Source of the DNA: Lophium mytilinum
Taxonomy: Eukaryota
Assembly (NCBI GenBank): GCA_010093605.1
Contig: MU004182.1
Location: forward strand, 591,032 to 655,031
Reading direction: 5' to 3'
Length of the DNA stretch: 64,000 nt
Of the stretch, positions 1 to 12,203 are shown in pieces. Below the pieces are notes generated by a model, which saw only the letters and a list, made by a program, of their open reading frames with translations, was not told the DNA's origin and searched no databases. The translations under genes were made by a program, and so were the position numbers. Numbering within the stretch: position 1 is the stretch's first letter; the number at the start of each line of letters is the position of its first letter.

Positions 1-78
1 CTCTCTTATATTTATCTTTTATTAATATTAATACTATTTAATCTAATAATTCTAACATTCTAACCTTAAGCCCTAATA
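1..78 (+). repeat. 3' end of the 5' LTR
   Basis: Near-identical to 8452-8529 (offset 8451). Similarity stops after ...CTAATA, the expected RIP product of a terminal ...CA. Confidence 0.85.
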
Positions 79-3000
79 TAAGATAAATACCCTTCTAGCT
101 TCTAGAAGTAACGGAAGTAACCCTTAGAAAAAAATTTTCCGTAATAGAGTGCGCTCTTATAATAAGCTATAGTATATCTATACCTTCTTATATAGTAACT
201 ATTAGTAGAGTTATAGACCCCTAATAAAGACTATACTAATATAGTATTCTATTAGTAGTACTATAGGCCCCTAATAAAGTAATCTAACTATTATATATAA
301 TATTAGATAATAGATCTTATAACTATAGTAGACGCTCTAATAAGCCCCTATAATAGAGGGGTAGTAGTAGTACTCTAGAAAGTCCCTACTAATTTATTAA
401 TTACTTTAATAGCTCTATAACTTCTTTCTTTATCTATTTTACTATTACTGCATAGAGACTAACGCCCGGAAAGCTTAGTATTAATAATAGCGCGTGCGCG
501 CACCTAGTATTACTAACTAATTACTATTACTATATAGAGACTAACGCCTAGAAAGCTTAGTATAGATAATAGTAAGCCTATATATATACTTAGCGTTATA
601 GAATAAAGATCTATAGACTATCTATTTTCTATATACTTTTTATTATCTATATACTACCCATTTTATAAATAAACTAACTAACTTAATAATTTACTATAGC
701 TAACCTCCGCAATTAAGCGCAACTAGTATACTCCTCTAGAATAACTCTATAACTAGCTATAATAGGTACTAGTTTCTTAAGCCTTCTATACGCCGGCGCG
801 CGTAGTAAATAATCTAAATTTATTAATAGCTTGTATATAAATATAGCAGGCCGCCCCTATAAGCTTTCTCTCTTATATACTAATCTTTCTATATCTTATT
901 ATATAGCTAACTCTAACTACTATACTTTTAACTATACTAAAGCCCTATAGTTTAGTAACTCTATTTTAGGCGGACGCCCTTCTAGTAGACGTTCTCTTAG
1001 TAATATTAATTATATTCTAATTAATCCTCGCCGCATTATATTATACTAAGATAATAGTTCTTTTAACCTACGCTACCTTCTTACTAGAGATAATAATAAT
1101 AATATAATATAGATTAATTACGGCCTATAGCCTTCTCTTATTTAGCTAGTAAATCTACTATTATAAGGCGTAACTTAGTTATAGTTATAAACTTTAGCTA
1201 CTACTTTCTAACTAGCTCTATTTATTAGACTAGTCTCTTTTATAACGCCTACTAAGCTTTAATATTATTAAACTAAGTTTAGTACTATAGGCAAGCCTCT
1301 ACTAGTTACTCTAGCTCCTCTAGTATAAACTATTATAGAGAAAACTGCACTTTTACTTTTCTATATTAGTAGCTATATACTAGGCAACTTTAATTTACTA
1401 AATAGAATTAAGAATATAACTACCGGCCTTAATAATATAACTATCGCCTATAATAAGAACTTTTTCTCTAACTTTAACTCGGCCGATAAATATAACCGCT
1501 AAGAAGAGGAATATTAGTTTAGTAGTAATATAGATAATAAAGTTAATAAGCTCTAGATAGCCTACTAAGATATTAATATTAATATTAATACTTCTAATAT
1601 AATAGCCTACTATAATACTACCTCTAGGCCTAACTATTAGTCTTATAACCCTAACTATCTAAGAATAGTACCTTTTTATAGTATGCTCTCTTCTAATATA
1701 TCTCCCTTATAATACTAGTCTACCTGCATTAAGTCTATTACTAGATTTAATACCCCGGACCTAGCTTAGTAAGTAGCAGGTATAGAATAGAGTAATAAAA
1801 CTAAGACTACTATAATACGCATTAAAGACTATTAATAATTATATTTTATAATTACCTAGCGCGCTAATAGCTCTATCTTTAAGATATGCTATAGAGATAG
1901 AGCCTATAAGTAATATAAGCTATAGACTCTATAGAACCTTACTAATAACGTTTAACTTATACTATAATAGTAGTAGAACTATATTATATTAACTTATACT
2001 AAATATAAAGACTATAAGTATAAAATAGATATTACTATATAAGAGTAAAACGCCGCTAATACTATAGTTATTAGTCTTAATAAGAAATACTTACTTATAG
2101 ACAGTAAACTCTCTAAGCTTTATATGTAAGTTTATACCCTAGGTAATATACTAGAAGCTAAGAAGGTAAACTTAGTATGCATATATTATAGATATAATAA
2201 GAAATACACCTAATTCTAGGCTTAAATAGCTTAGCTTAACTAGCTAGGTATTATATACTAGTAAGCCTTAGATTAAATTACTTAGCTTAAAGCCTAACTT
2301 TATTATAATATACTAGTAGAAGGCAACCTATATATAGACCTAGATAGATATCTATCTAACTATAACTCTACTAATAACGGCTCCTCTTCTCTACTAAAGG
2401 GACTATATATTCTTAACCTAGAAAACTTCTAGCGTAACTATATTCTAGTATAATACTTTACTACTACTAGAGGTAGAGAAGAAGGTAATTCTAACCTAGA
2501 TAGCTTTATTTAACTATAAGTCTATAGCCCTATATATTCTTAATATAGATAATAAGGCCTCTAACCTAAATATATATACCTATAGAACTTTAAATTAGGG
2601 GTAAAGGTATATATAGTATAGAAGAACTATCTACTCTATTTAGTCTAGGTAGACTAATAGACCTATTCTAATACTATAATCTAAATCTAATTAGTAGTTA
2701 GCTATTATAAAGAACGCGCATATAAGGTTATAGAGGACTATAGTTTACTTATATCTAGTAATCTATACTATTTACTTAAAGAACTTATCTAAGACCTAGA
2801 CGCCGTATTCTAGAAAAAGAACTCTATCTAATATAACTGCCTTCTAGATTAACTTAATAGTAAAGGCATAAAATAGCGCTCTAATAAGTATATAGCTAAC
2901 TTTCTCTAATACCTTAATATAGTTCTTAATAGACTAAAGTATAATAAAACTAATAATAGACTTATAACCTAATACTATTATCTTAAGAAAACGCTACGCA

Positions 3001-6000
3001 TAGACCTTATTAATTAAATTAACTTTAGACTTAAAACCTAGTACTAAGTAAAGAATAATATTCTATATAAAGACTAATATTAACTTTAATATAAAAAGCG
3101 CGCTAAAAAGAAGCTTCTTATAGTATAAAGTATAGCACGCTAATTTAATAATATATATAGAAATAATAGCCGCCGTAATTTAAACCGCGCTTAATATAAA
3201 GTAGCTACTACTAAAACTAATAACCTTATTATAGTTAAGAAAACTACTATAGTTTTATTACTAAGCGTTCTACTATATATTTGCATGCGCCTTACTAAAG
3301 AAGGGCGTTACTTTAGCTATTTTAAGAAGAACTACTGCGTAGGTAATCTAGAGTATACTATAGCCGGTAAGACTATATTATAAACTTAGCGTAATAAGCG
3401 CTTAGCCGCCGCAGGTATTAATAATATAGAACTTAACGCCTTTAACTATAATAGTAATAATAAGTGCTAGTATAAATATAAATATAATAATAAATAAAGA
3501 TATAATAAGAATAACTATAAAGCTTACTCTAATAACTTAGAAAAAGCTTAATCTCTAATAAAAGTTATTATTAGAGATAGTTAGAAGATACGCTAGCTTA
3601 AGCTCTCGCATATATCTAGAAGCTTAAGCTACCTCCTCTAAAGCCTCTAGATATTAAACTCTCTACTTACGCTATAGGACTTGCGCTACTATCTAGTAAA
3701 TAAATAGACTTTAACTATAAGATTAAAACTTTAACTAGAATAGTTAAATCTATTATTCTTATAGACTCTAAATATAGAGGCTTTATATTTATATCTATAA
3801 GCTTTACTAAGTACTATAAGCTTAATATTTATAAGGCTACTCTATAGAATATTAAGCTACTAAATAGATCTATATCTATTATTAATAAAGCAGCTAAAGT
3901 TACTATATAAATTAAGGGTTACTATAATAAATTCTAGGCCCTAATTTATAACCTTAAAGGCTATAATATTATTCTTAGTATAGGCTAGCTTATTATATAC
4001 AACGCCTATATAAAATTTAGCACGCGCATAATATAACTAGATTCTAACTATTATTATTCTTAATACCTTATTAACTATAAACTAGTTTATATCTAGTCTA
4101 AAGACTCTATTACCTATACTAGTAAACGTCTATTTAAGTAGAAGCTTAATACCTAGCTTACTACTTTTAAGGCGCTTAATATTAGTATAGTATCTAGTAA
4201 TAAGTGCCTATACAACGCCTAGTAATTACTAGAGAAAGATACTATCTATATATAGCCTAAGCACTTTAAACTAGCGCTTATAGATAAGAAAGTAGAAGCC
4301 TAAGTATGCGCTTAAGAATAGTTATATAGCTATAATATTATTATAGGCCTAGCTAATTTTACTACTAATCTAGCTATAATTAGCCTCTATATAATATCTA
4401 AAGATAACTAGTAAAAGTTCTTTAAGAAAATAGAGCGTAAGCTAATAACGCGTAATAAACTTAAAGTACTAGTACCTATAGAATACTAGAGTCTCCTTAA
4501 TATATAGAATCTAAAAGAAGTAAATAAGCTTCTACTATATTATAAAGTAAAGAATAGTATAGATATTAACTACTATATTAATATTAAGCTAGAAACTAAG
4601 GCTCTAGCCTGTAAAGTCTATAGACTTTTATAAGATAAGACGCTTATTATTAAAATATTTATTAATAAGATATATAGTAAGGGCTATATTAGAAAAAGTA
4701 ATAGATAATATATAGCCCCTATTATTATTATCTATAAGCTAGGCGGAGGCCTACGCATCTATATTAATTATTAAGGCCTTAACGCGGTTATAATTAAGGC
4801 TTAAAATATTCCTCTAGCTATAAAGGATACTTTAGCCTTACTTAAAAACACTTAGTACTATACTAAGTTTAATGTTATTACTATCTTTAACACTATTTAT
4901 ATGTAAGAGGGCAATAAAAAGTATACTATATTTCTTACAAGATATAGCCTATTTAAATTTATAGTCCTCCCCTTTAGCTTATATAATACCCCGGCCACAT
5001 TCTAAGCCTTTATTAATAATATTCTATTAAAATACCTAGATAATTTCTATATAGCCTACCTTAATAATATTCTTATTTTTAGTAAAATACTTAAAGAATA
5101 TATCGGTTATATTAAGAAGATCCTCTAGCGGCTTTATAAAGCCGGCCTATTTCTTAATATTACTAAATGTAAATTCTATAAATAAGAGGTTAAATACTTA
5201 GGCGTTATTATTAGCGTTAACGGCCTTAAAATAGATCTAGCTAAAATTAAAATAGTTATTAACTAGCCCTAACTATAGAACCTGCAGAATATATAAGCGT
5301 TTCTAGGTTTCTATAATTTCTATAGATATTTTATTATAGCTTACTTAGATATTATAGGTTCTCTTACTAGGCTTACTAAGGCGGAAGTTTATAAGTAGTT
5401 TACTTTCCTATAGTAAAAAGGCAGCTTAAAAGACTTCTTCTTTAAGTAAATAAAGTAGGCGTTTATTAATACCCTATAGATAGCTTACTTTAATCTAGAT
5501 CTAGAGATATAGGTAGAATGCAACGCATTTAATACTATTATAGCAGCTATACTATCTTAAATATAGGCTAATAGCGTTTTATATTCTATTATATTTATAT
5601 TCTATTAAATAAGCGTAGCCTAACTTAACTATTAGATTTATAATAAAGAACTCCTAGTAATTATCCGCGCCTTTAAGAAATAGCGTATAGAACTCACTAG
5701 CTATAGATATAGTAATCTAATTAAAGTCCTTTTAAATTACTGCACCCTATAATACTTTATAGAAACTAAATAGCTTAACTAATAATAGGCTAGATAGGCC
5801 GAGTTTCTTTCTAAATTTAACTTTTAAATTACTTACTAACTAGATAAGGATAATAGTAAGGCTAATCTACTAACTAGACGCCTAGATAATATACTAGATT
5901 AAGATAATAAACGCTATAAAATCTAATAATAAATAATCTTAAAGAACTATAACCTAGAACTAGAAATATATTACGCTATTAACCTAGCCTATATTATAAT

Positions 6001-8027
6001 AGATAGCGTTACCTATAATATAGTTTTTCTTATAGTAATAATATATAACCTTAGTAAAGTAGAACTTAATTAAGAAAAGTCTTAGAGTAACCTTAATAAA
6101 GAACTATAGAAGCTACTAAGATAGAGGGAGTTATAGAGTAACTCTACTAAAGGTATAGTAGAGTAAGATATTATAGATTATATATAAGAAGTACTTATTA
6201 ATAATACTATTAGTAATGCTATTAAGAATGCTATTAGAGTAAGACTACGCCGTCTACTAATAGATATTATTAAAAACTATAGCGTTAAACTTAAGCTCTA
6301 TAACTATATAATTTATAATAGCCTAATTTTTATTTAAAAGAACTATCTATATATACCTACTAAGAAGAAACTCTAGATAGCTATTATTAAAAGCCTTTAT
6401 AAGCCCCCTCTAGTTAGCTATAGTAGAATAATATCTATATATAATTATATTTTAATATACTACTTCTAGCTATAGATAACTTATAACATTAATTAATATA
6501 TAAAGGCCTGCCACCCGTGCAACTATATTAAGTACGCTCGCGATATAAAGTAAGGCTTTCTTAAGCCGCTATCTATTCTAGATTAATACTAGACTAACCT
6601 TATAGTAGACTTTATAGAACCTCTACCTATATACTTTTAATTTAGAAGAGACTACTAATATATTATAGTAGTAGTTAATAGACTCTTTAAGATATATAAA
6701 TTTATTTCTATAATAATAACTAACGTAGAGGAAGTTACCTAAGCCTTTCTAGAATAGATCTAGTATATAGAAGGATACCTAGAATTAATTATATTTAATT
6801 AAGGCCCTTAATTTATTTTAACCTTTTAGTCTTACCTATATAAATATATTAGCACTAAGCTAAAACTATCTACTACTTTCTATTTTAATATAGATAGATA
6901 AACTAAAATTACTAATATAGGCCTAAAATAGTTTCTTAGAGCATATATTAACTACTAATAAGATAACTAGGTTAATTACCTTACTATTACTAAATTTAAG
7001 GCTAATTCTATAAAAAATACCTCTACTAGAGTAGCTCTCTTTATAGCTACTAAAGGCTATATTTTTAGTATAGGTACTATACTAGCTATATAACTACTAC
7101 CTAATATAAATATACTAATAATTTAGCTTATAGAATAAGTAGATAGACTTATAGATAGGCTTAATAAGCTATATACCTTCCTCTATTAAGAAATTAAATA
7201 GGCCTAAGCTAAGTAAAAGAAATATACTAATGCTAGATAATAACTAGCTTATATATACTATCTAGGTAATATAGTTATACTTAACACGCGCTATATTAAG
7301 ATAACTCGCCTAAATAAGAAGCTTAACTTTAAGAAGCTAGGTTCTTTTAAGATTCTATAAAGCTATAAAAATAGTAGTATATATAAGCTTAAGCTATCTA
7401 AGAGTATAGAAAACCTACACCCTATCTTTTATTCTTAGCTACTCTATCTAGCTAACGCCGTCCCTATAAAAGAATAGTATAATTCTAAGCCTCTACCTAT
7501 ATAGATAATACTAACTTATTAAAAAGGTAATACTAAAGAGATTATTAACTACTATCTTAATAGAAGATAACTTAATCTAGCTATAGATAAAAGAGGTATA
7601 CTCTAATATAAGATTAAATTTATTAGCTATAATAAGCTCTAATAGAATAATTATAAGTACGCTAATAGCTACCCCTGCCTTATTATAGACTTTTACTACC
7701 GCTATCTATATTCTAAGAAACTAAAACCTTATCTATTATTTAAACTACTATTAGACTAGAAACTAACCTTAGCTACTATTCTTACTATAATAGACCTCTA
7801 TATAACTAACGCTGCGGAAGCTATATAATTTAATTACTAGACTAGCAGTTAAATTAATTTATTAAGGAGGCCTAACTATAGATATATATAATAATTAATA
7901 TAATATAATAGTATAGATTATTATAAGTATCTAGTAGTAGACTAGCAGCTATAATAGCTATATAGCTTCTTACGGCCCCGTTATAGCCGGCCCTAGTTTA
8001 AATAGATAACTCTTATAAGGTAACGCA

Positions 8028-8086
8028 TAGTAATACTATATATAGTAATACTACGTATAGTAATACTATATATAGTAATACTACGC
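8028..8086. repeat. 15-bp tandem repeat (TAGTAATACTA(T/C)(A/G)TA, ~4 copies) in the retroelement 3' region
   Basis: Directly visible periodicity. Confidence 0.75.
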
Positions 8087-8329
8087 GTAAAAAATACTAC
8101 TAAGCTAATAATAGAAAGACTATACTAAGAGGTAAGGCTATAGAAGACTATATAAAATAGAAAGAATAAGTAATTCTTTATAAATTAATTTATTTTCTTT
8201 ATTTACTTATAATTAGAGTATAATCTAGCATTTATTTTATAGATATTTAAGTAATTATAGGTACTCTAGTATAGAAAGGACTCTCTCTTATAAAAAGCTT
8301 TAATAGGGGGCTTCTTTAGAAAAGGGAGA

Positions 8330-8529
8330 TATTATAGCTATATATTTATACTATAATATATAACTAGAGTTATATAATAGAGGCTCTATAGAACGGGTAA
8401 ATATTACTCCGCCCTTTAAAATATTATAATATCTATTCTAGAAACCTCTTTCTCTCTTATATTTATCTTTTATTAATATTAATACTATTTAATCTAATAA
8501 TTCTAACGTTCTAACCTTAAGCTCTAATA
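8330..8529 (+). repeat. 3' LTR (~200 bp) preceded by polypurine tract
   Basis: PPT AGAAAAGGGAGA at 8318-8329. Termini TATTATAG...CTCTAATA are an imperfect inverted pair consistent with RIP'd TG...CA. Last 78 bp match the window start. Confidence 0.8.
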
Positions 8530-9205
8530 CTTAGCTACTAATTTAGTAGTAGTAGAGCCTCTTTTATAACTAGTAGTAGAGCCTCTTTTATAGCTAGTAG
8601 AAGCTACTATAGTATCTAAAAGAGTACTACTACTTCTTATAGAGCCTTTTAAAGAGCCTTTTATAGCTTTAGACTTTTTATCTATAGCTTTATATATAGT
8701 AGTAGCTAATAGATATCTAGTAACTTAAGTCTCTACTTTATTCTATAATAGGTCTTTCTCTTTTATTAAGCGCGCCTTTTTTCTATATTAGGCGGCCTAC
8801 TCTACTATATATATCTATACTTTTATAGAAGTCTTTATAAGTATAGGTACCTTTATAAGTATAAATATCTTTATAAATACTATTATAGCCTTTAAAGCCT
8901 TTAGTATCTTTTTAAAAGTAGATATTAATATATCTAGAAAATTAGAAATAGCCTTATCTAAAGTACTAATAGTAGAGGTAGAGGCCTTCTAATTAAAGAA
9001 GATATAGTAGGCTTTACTATATATTAACTATATAGAAATATAGATATTAAAGGCTTTTAAAGATACTATAATACTAGAAAAAGTTAGTATATAGCCTCTA
9101 TAATAGTATTAATAGCCTTACTAATTATTAAGTTAGGTAGTATTAAGATGTAGTAAAAAAATTAAGTTCTCTAGGTAGAATCCTAACGTTCCTTATATAA
9201 ATTAA
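8530..9205. mobile_element. Additional RIP-mutated repeat relic flanking the LTR element
   Basis: Same TpA-rich composition continues past the LTR, with a duplicated TAGTAGTAGAGCCTCTTTTATA. Composition returns abruptly to normal at ~9200. Family not identifiable. Confidence 0.55.
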
Positions 9206-9700
9206 CGTGTGTGTGGTAGGGAGCTTTGCCAAGGATTCCGTGCTGTTTTGCACCCGACAAATTCTTATTCCCGATCAACCGACATCGGGCGCACCCGATC
9301 GGCTCTCGGCAGGGCAATAATCGACATTGACGCCTCATCTTACGTCTTTGCATCATGAATCGCTGTCGCTACAAACTTTTGCTCTTCAGTACTTCCTCAG
9401 GCAGATTTGACACACCTCATTAGCTCCATCATCCCAGACATGCAAGGGCAAGGACAAGTGCCGATCCTTTGCTTTCTCACACTGTAAATTTACATATCGC
9501 CTCCTATTGCAACCAAAACAAAGAGTTGATCGCTCTTTCTATTCGAATTTATCTGTGAGAGTCTATAGAAAACATATATATTGCCATCTTACTGCATTTG
9601 TCACTCGCGACACGTCAGTTGCGTTTTTACTTCAATCTTAATTACCTCTATGATCTCTATCCCAATCTTTCAAGACGGTTAAGGAGCGTTTGACTCGACG

Positions 9701-11017
9701 ATGAGTCATAACCTCGAGATCCAAGGCCAGGACGTCGAGAAAGGCCACACATCCGGACTATCATCAATAAAGTCCCCTCGATCAAGCATGGAGAGCAATA
9801 GTAAAGGAGATATAGAAAAAGCGGGAATGCAACAAACCACGGATCCAGAGCCAGAGCCCAAAACCTCGAAACTTGAGAATCAGATCAAAACCAAGGAGCC
9901 CGAACAGAATGGCCCCAAAAAATGGCTTACTTCCCTATTATGGCTCATCAAGGACCAATGGTTCCTTGTTGCTCTCGCCTGCCTCATAGCAATATCATCC
10001 CAAGCCCAAGTCCCCGAATCACATCAACACCTCAAGGAAACGGTCGTTACCTACCTCTGCGTCTCCATCATCTTCTTCATCACAGGCTGCACGCTCTCCA
10101 CCCGCGTGCTGATCGACAACTACTCCCGCTGGCGATTGCACATCTACGTGCAGGTCCAATGCTTCCTCATGACCTCCGCAACCACGTTCGCAGTCGTTAG
10201 CTTATGCGCGATGAACCCGAACTTCATGGATCCGTGGTTCCTTATCGGATTAATCTTCATGGGCTGTGTGCCAACAACCATATCCTCGAATGTGGTCATG
10301 ACGCGGCAAGCGCACGGCAACACCGCGCTGACAGTGGTGCAATCCACCCTGGGCAACTTCCTGGGACCGTTCTTGACGCCAGCGCTGGTCTCCATGTACA
10401 CGTCGACGGGAGCATGGTACACAGACGTCCTGCCAACCGGGGCGAACAACTACAGCGAGATCTACCGGCGCGTGTTCAAGCAACTAGGCCTCTCGCTTTT
10501 TCTTCCCATGGTCGTCGGACAGGTGGTGCAGAACGTTTTCCCGAAGCAGTGCAAGACCATTTTCACGACGTGGAAGCTGAGCAAAGTGAGCTCGGTGTCG
10601 CTGCTTATCATCATCTGGCAAACCTTCGACCAAGCCTTCGGTAGCGGCGCCTTTGAAAGCGCCAAAGCCTCGAACATGATCTTTATCGTCTTCATCTCGA
10701 TCGCATTCTTCATCCTTTGGCAGAGCATCACGCTTGCGACGTCGATATTTTGGCTGCCCAAGGTGGATGTCATAGCGTGCTGCTACTGCTGTCCGGCGAA
10801 GACGCCTGCGATGGGTGTCCCGTTGAGCACGGTCATGTATGTTGGACTGAGCAAGGTTCATGAGAGCAAGCTACAGATTCCTATGGTCATTTTTCAGGGG
10901 TTTCAGATAGCGTCGGGGAGCTTGTTGACCATTGCGTTCCGTCGGTGGGTGAGGGCGGAGGAGGAGAGAAAGGCAGCAGAGGCGGAGCGATTGAGGGCGG
11001 GGGAGGCCGCGTCTTAA
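9701..11017 (+). CDS. RCH1: SLC10A7/SBF-like sodium-bile-acid symporter family membrane protein (fungal RCH1-like)
   Basis: Intronless 438-aa ORF with many TM segments and family motifs IFFITGCTL, GCVPTTISSNVVMTRQAHGN, GPFLTP and CCPAKTPAMGVPL. Confidence 0.8.
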   Translation: MSHNLEIQGQDVEKGHTSGLSSIKSPRSSMESNSKGDIEKAGMQQTTDPEPEPKTSKLENQIKTKEPEQNGPKKWLTSLLWLIKDQWFLVALACLIAISSQAQVPESHQHLKETVVTYLCVSIIFFITGCTLSTRVLIDNYSRWRLHIYVQVQCFLMTSATTFAVVSLCAMNPNFMDPWFLIGLIFMGCVPTTISSNVVMTRQAHGNTALTVVQSTLGNFLGPFLTPALVSMYTSTGAWYTDVLPTGANNYSEIYRRVFKQLGLSLFLPMVVGQVVQNVFPKQCKTIFTTWKLSKVSSVSLLIIIWQTFDQAFGSGAFESAKASNMIFIVFISIAFFILWQSITLATSIFWLPKVDVIACCYCCPAKTPAMGVPLSTVMYVGLSKVHESKLQIPMVIFQGFQIASGSLLTIAFRRWVRAEEERKAAEAERLRAGEAAS

Positions 11018-12203
11018 ATTTTGATACTGCATGGCGGAAGCCTGATAGAGTCAAGGTTGCATATAGACATAGACATTAGACTGGGCAGGACTTTAATTAA
11101 TAATTTCTGTACGTCTGCTATCGTGGCGGCTTCCAATATTGAGCTACGATGATATGTGGATGATTATTGACACTAGCAGCAAGAAAGAATTGAACAACAG
11201 GAATTTATTTGCACACGACACCAAGAAAGCAAGAAAGCCTACTTTTCCCGAGTAGACATAGCAGACTAGGAATACTAGAATGCATCTGAAGCGTTGCACA
11301 ACGGTGTTGATTGCGTACACCATACCCATGCGGAGCTGAAAACGAGCGGACGGAGGACTAGGCTGACGAATAGCATGGCGGAGATGGGCTGTCAGCTTGC
11401 TCGAGCTGCATGCATATGCACTTGGACGGGCATAACATGCATAGCACATGTTCTAAGACTAGGGCTTGTTGATACTGGGAAGGGTAGTTCCCCTCGAAGA
11501 CAATGCTATTGTCGCCGTGGGTGTTCGAGTCGATGTGGCGTTGTGGAGCCATTCCGTCCCGATCTGAAGCCGAAGGGAACCATGCATCGCGAATGGATCA
11601 TGACTCTTAGACTGGTGAATTCGATCGATACTAAGCCCTTGAAGAACACTATTATGATGGTAAAGAACATGATGAAGAGGGTGAGATGACGAGGCCGTTG
11701 AGTGGTGTGGGGGCTATCGATTGGGTTGCCCCGCGAACGTACCTAAACAAGCAGCGATTTTAGCGCACACCACCCTGCCAACTCTCACCGTCTGCACACG
11801 CAGCTTTCGAACCGGCCCTTGCTTGCACCACCATCTTTCGAACCTCTACGCATCTGAACATCTCTCACCCCGATCACCACGCAGTCGCGCATCTCCAGAG
11901 GGACTGAACCACGCAATTCGAGCTGTCCGCCTCGCCGGGCATGCTCTGCATCCAGTGCTGACAGCCATTTTGTTGTGGATATCTCGCTCGCCCTACAAAC
12001 ACCGCCAGCACATCGCCAGCACCGGAGACAGGACCGTACATAATACTGAGACGACTTTACGATTATTCTTTCTTTGCGGACGCTTCTCGACTCCGATATT
12101 ATAATCTGCACATTCTTTTCCCGTCGTTCTCGAGCTCGGAGACTACTTCCGACTAGGCGCATTCATTTATCAGCTCTAGATAAAACCGACGCAACTCGCA
12201 ATC

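Larger units (their letters stand above)
1..8529 (+). mobile_element. RIP-inactivated Ty3/gypsy (chromovirus-like) LTR retrotransposon; 5' LTR truncated by window start
   Basis: Extreme TpA enrichment with CpA/TpG depletion and no long ORFs. Degenerate pol motifs in gypsy order: RT PFSLYNTPATF* (~4970, from PFGLxNAPATFQ) and AYLNNILIFS (~5054-5083, from YLDDILI); RNase H YNKELLVII (~5639); integrase LKPLSI...IVDF (~6560-6613) and HPIFY (~7418). Positions 1-78 are repeated at 8452-8529. Confidence 0.9.
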
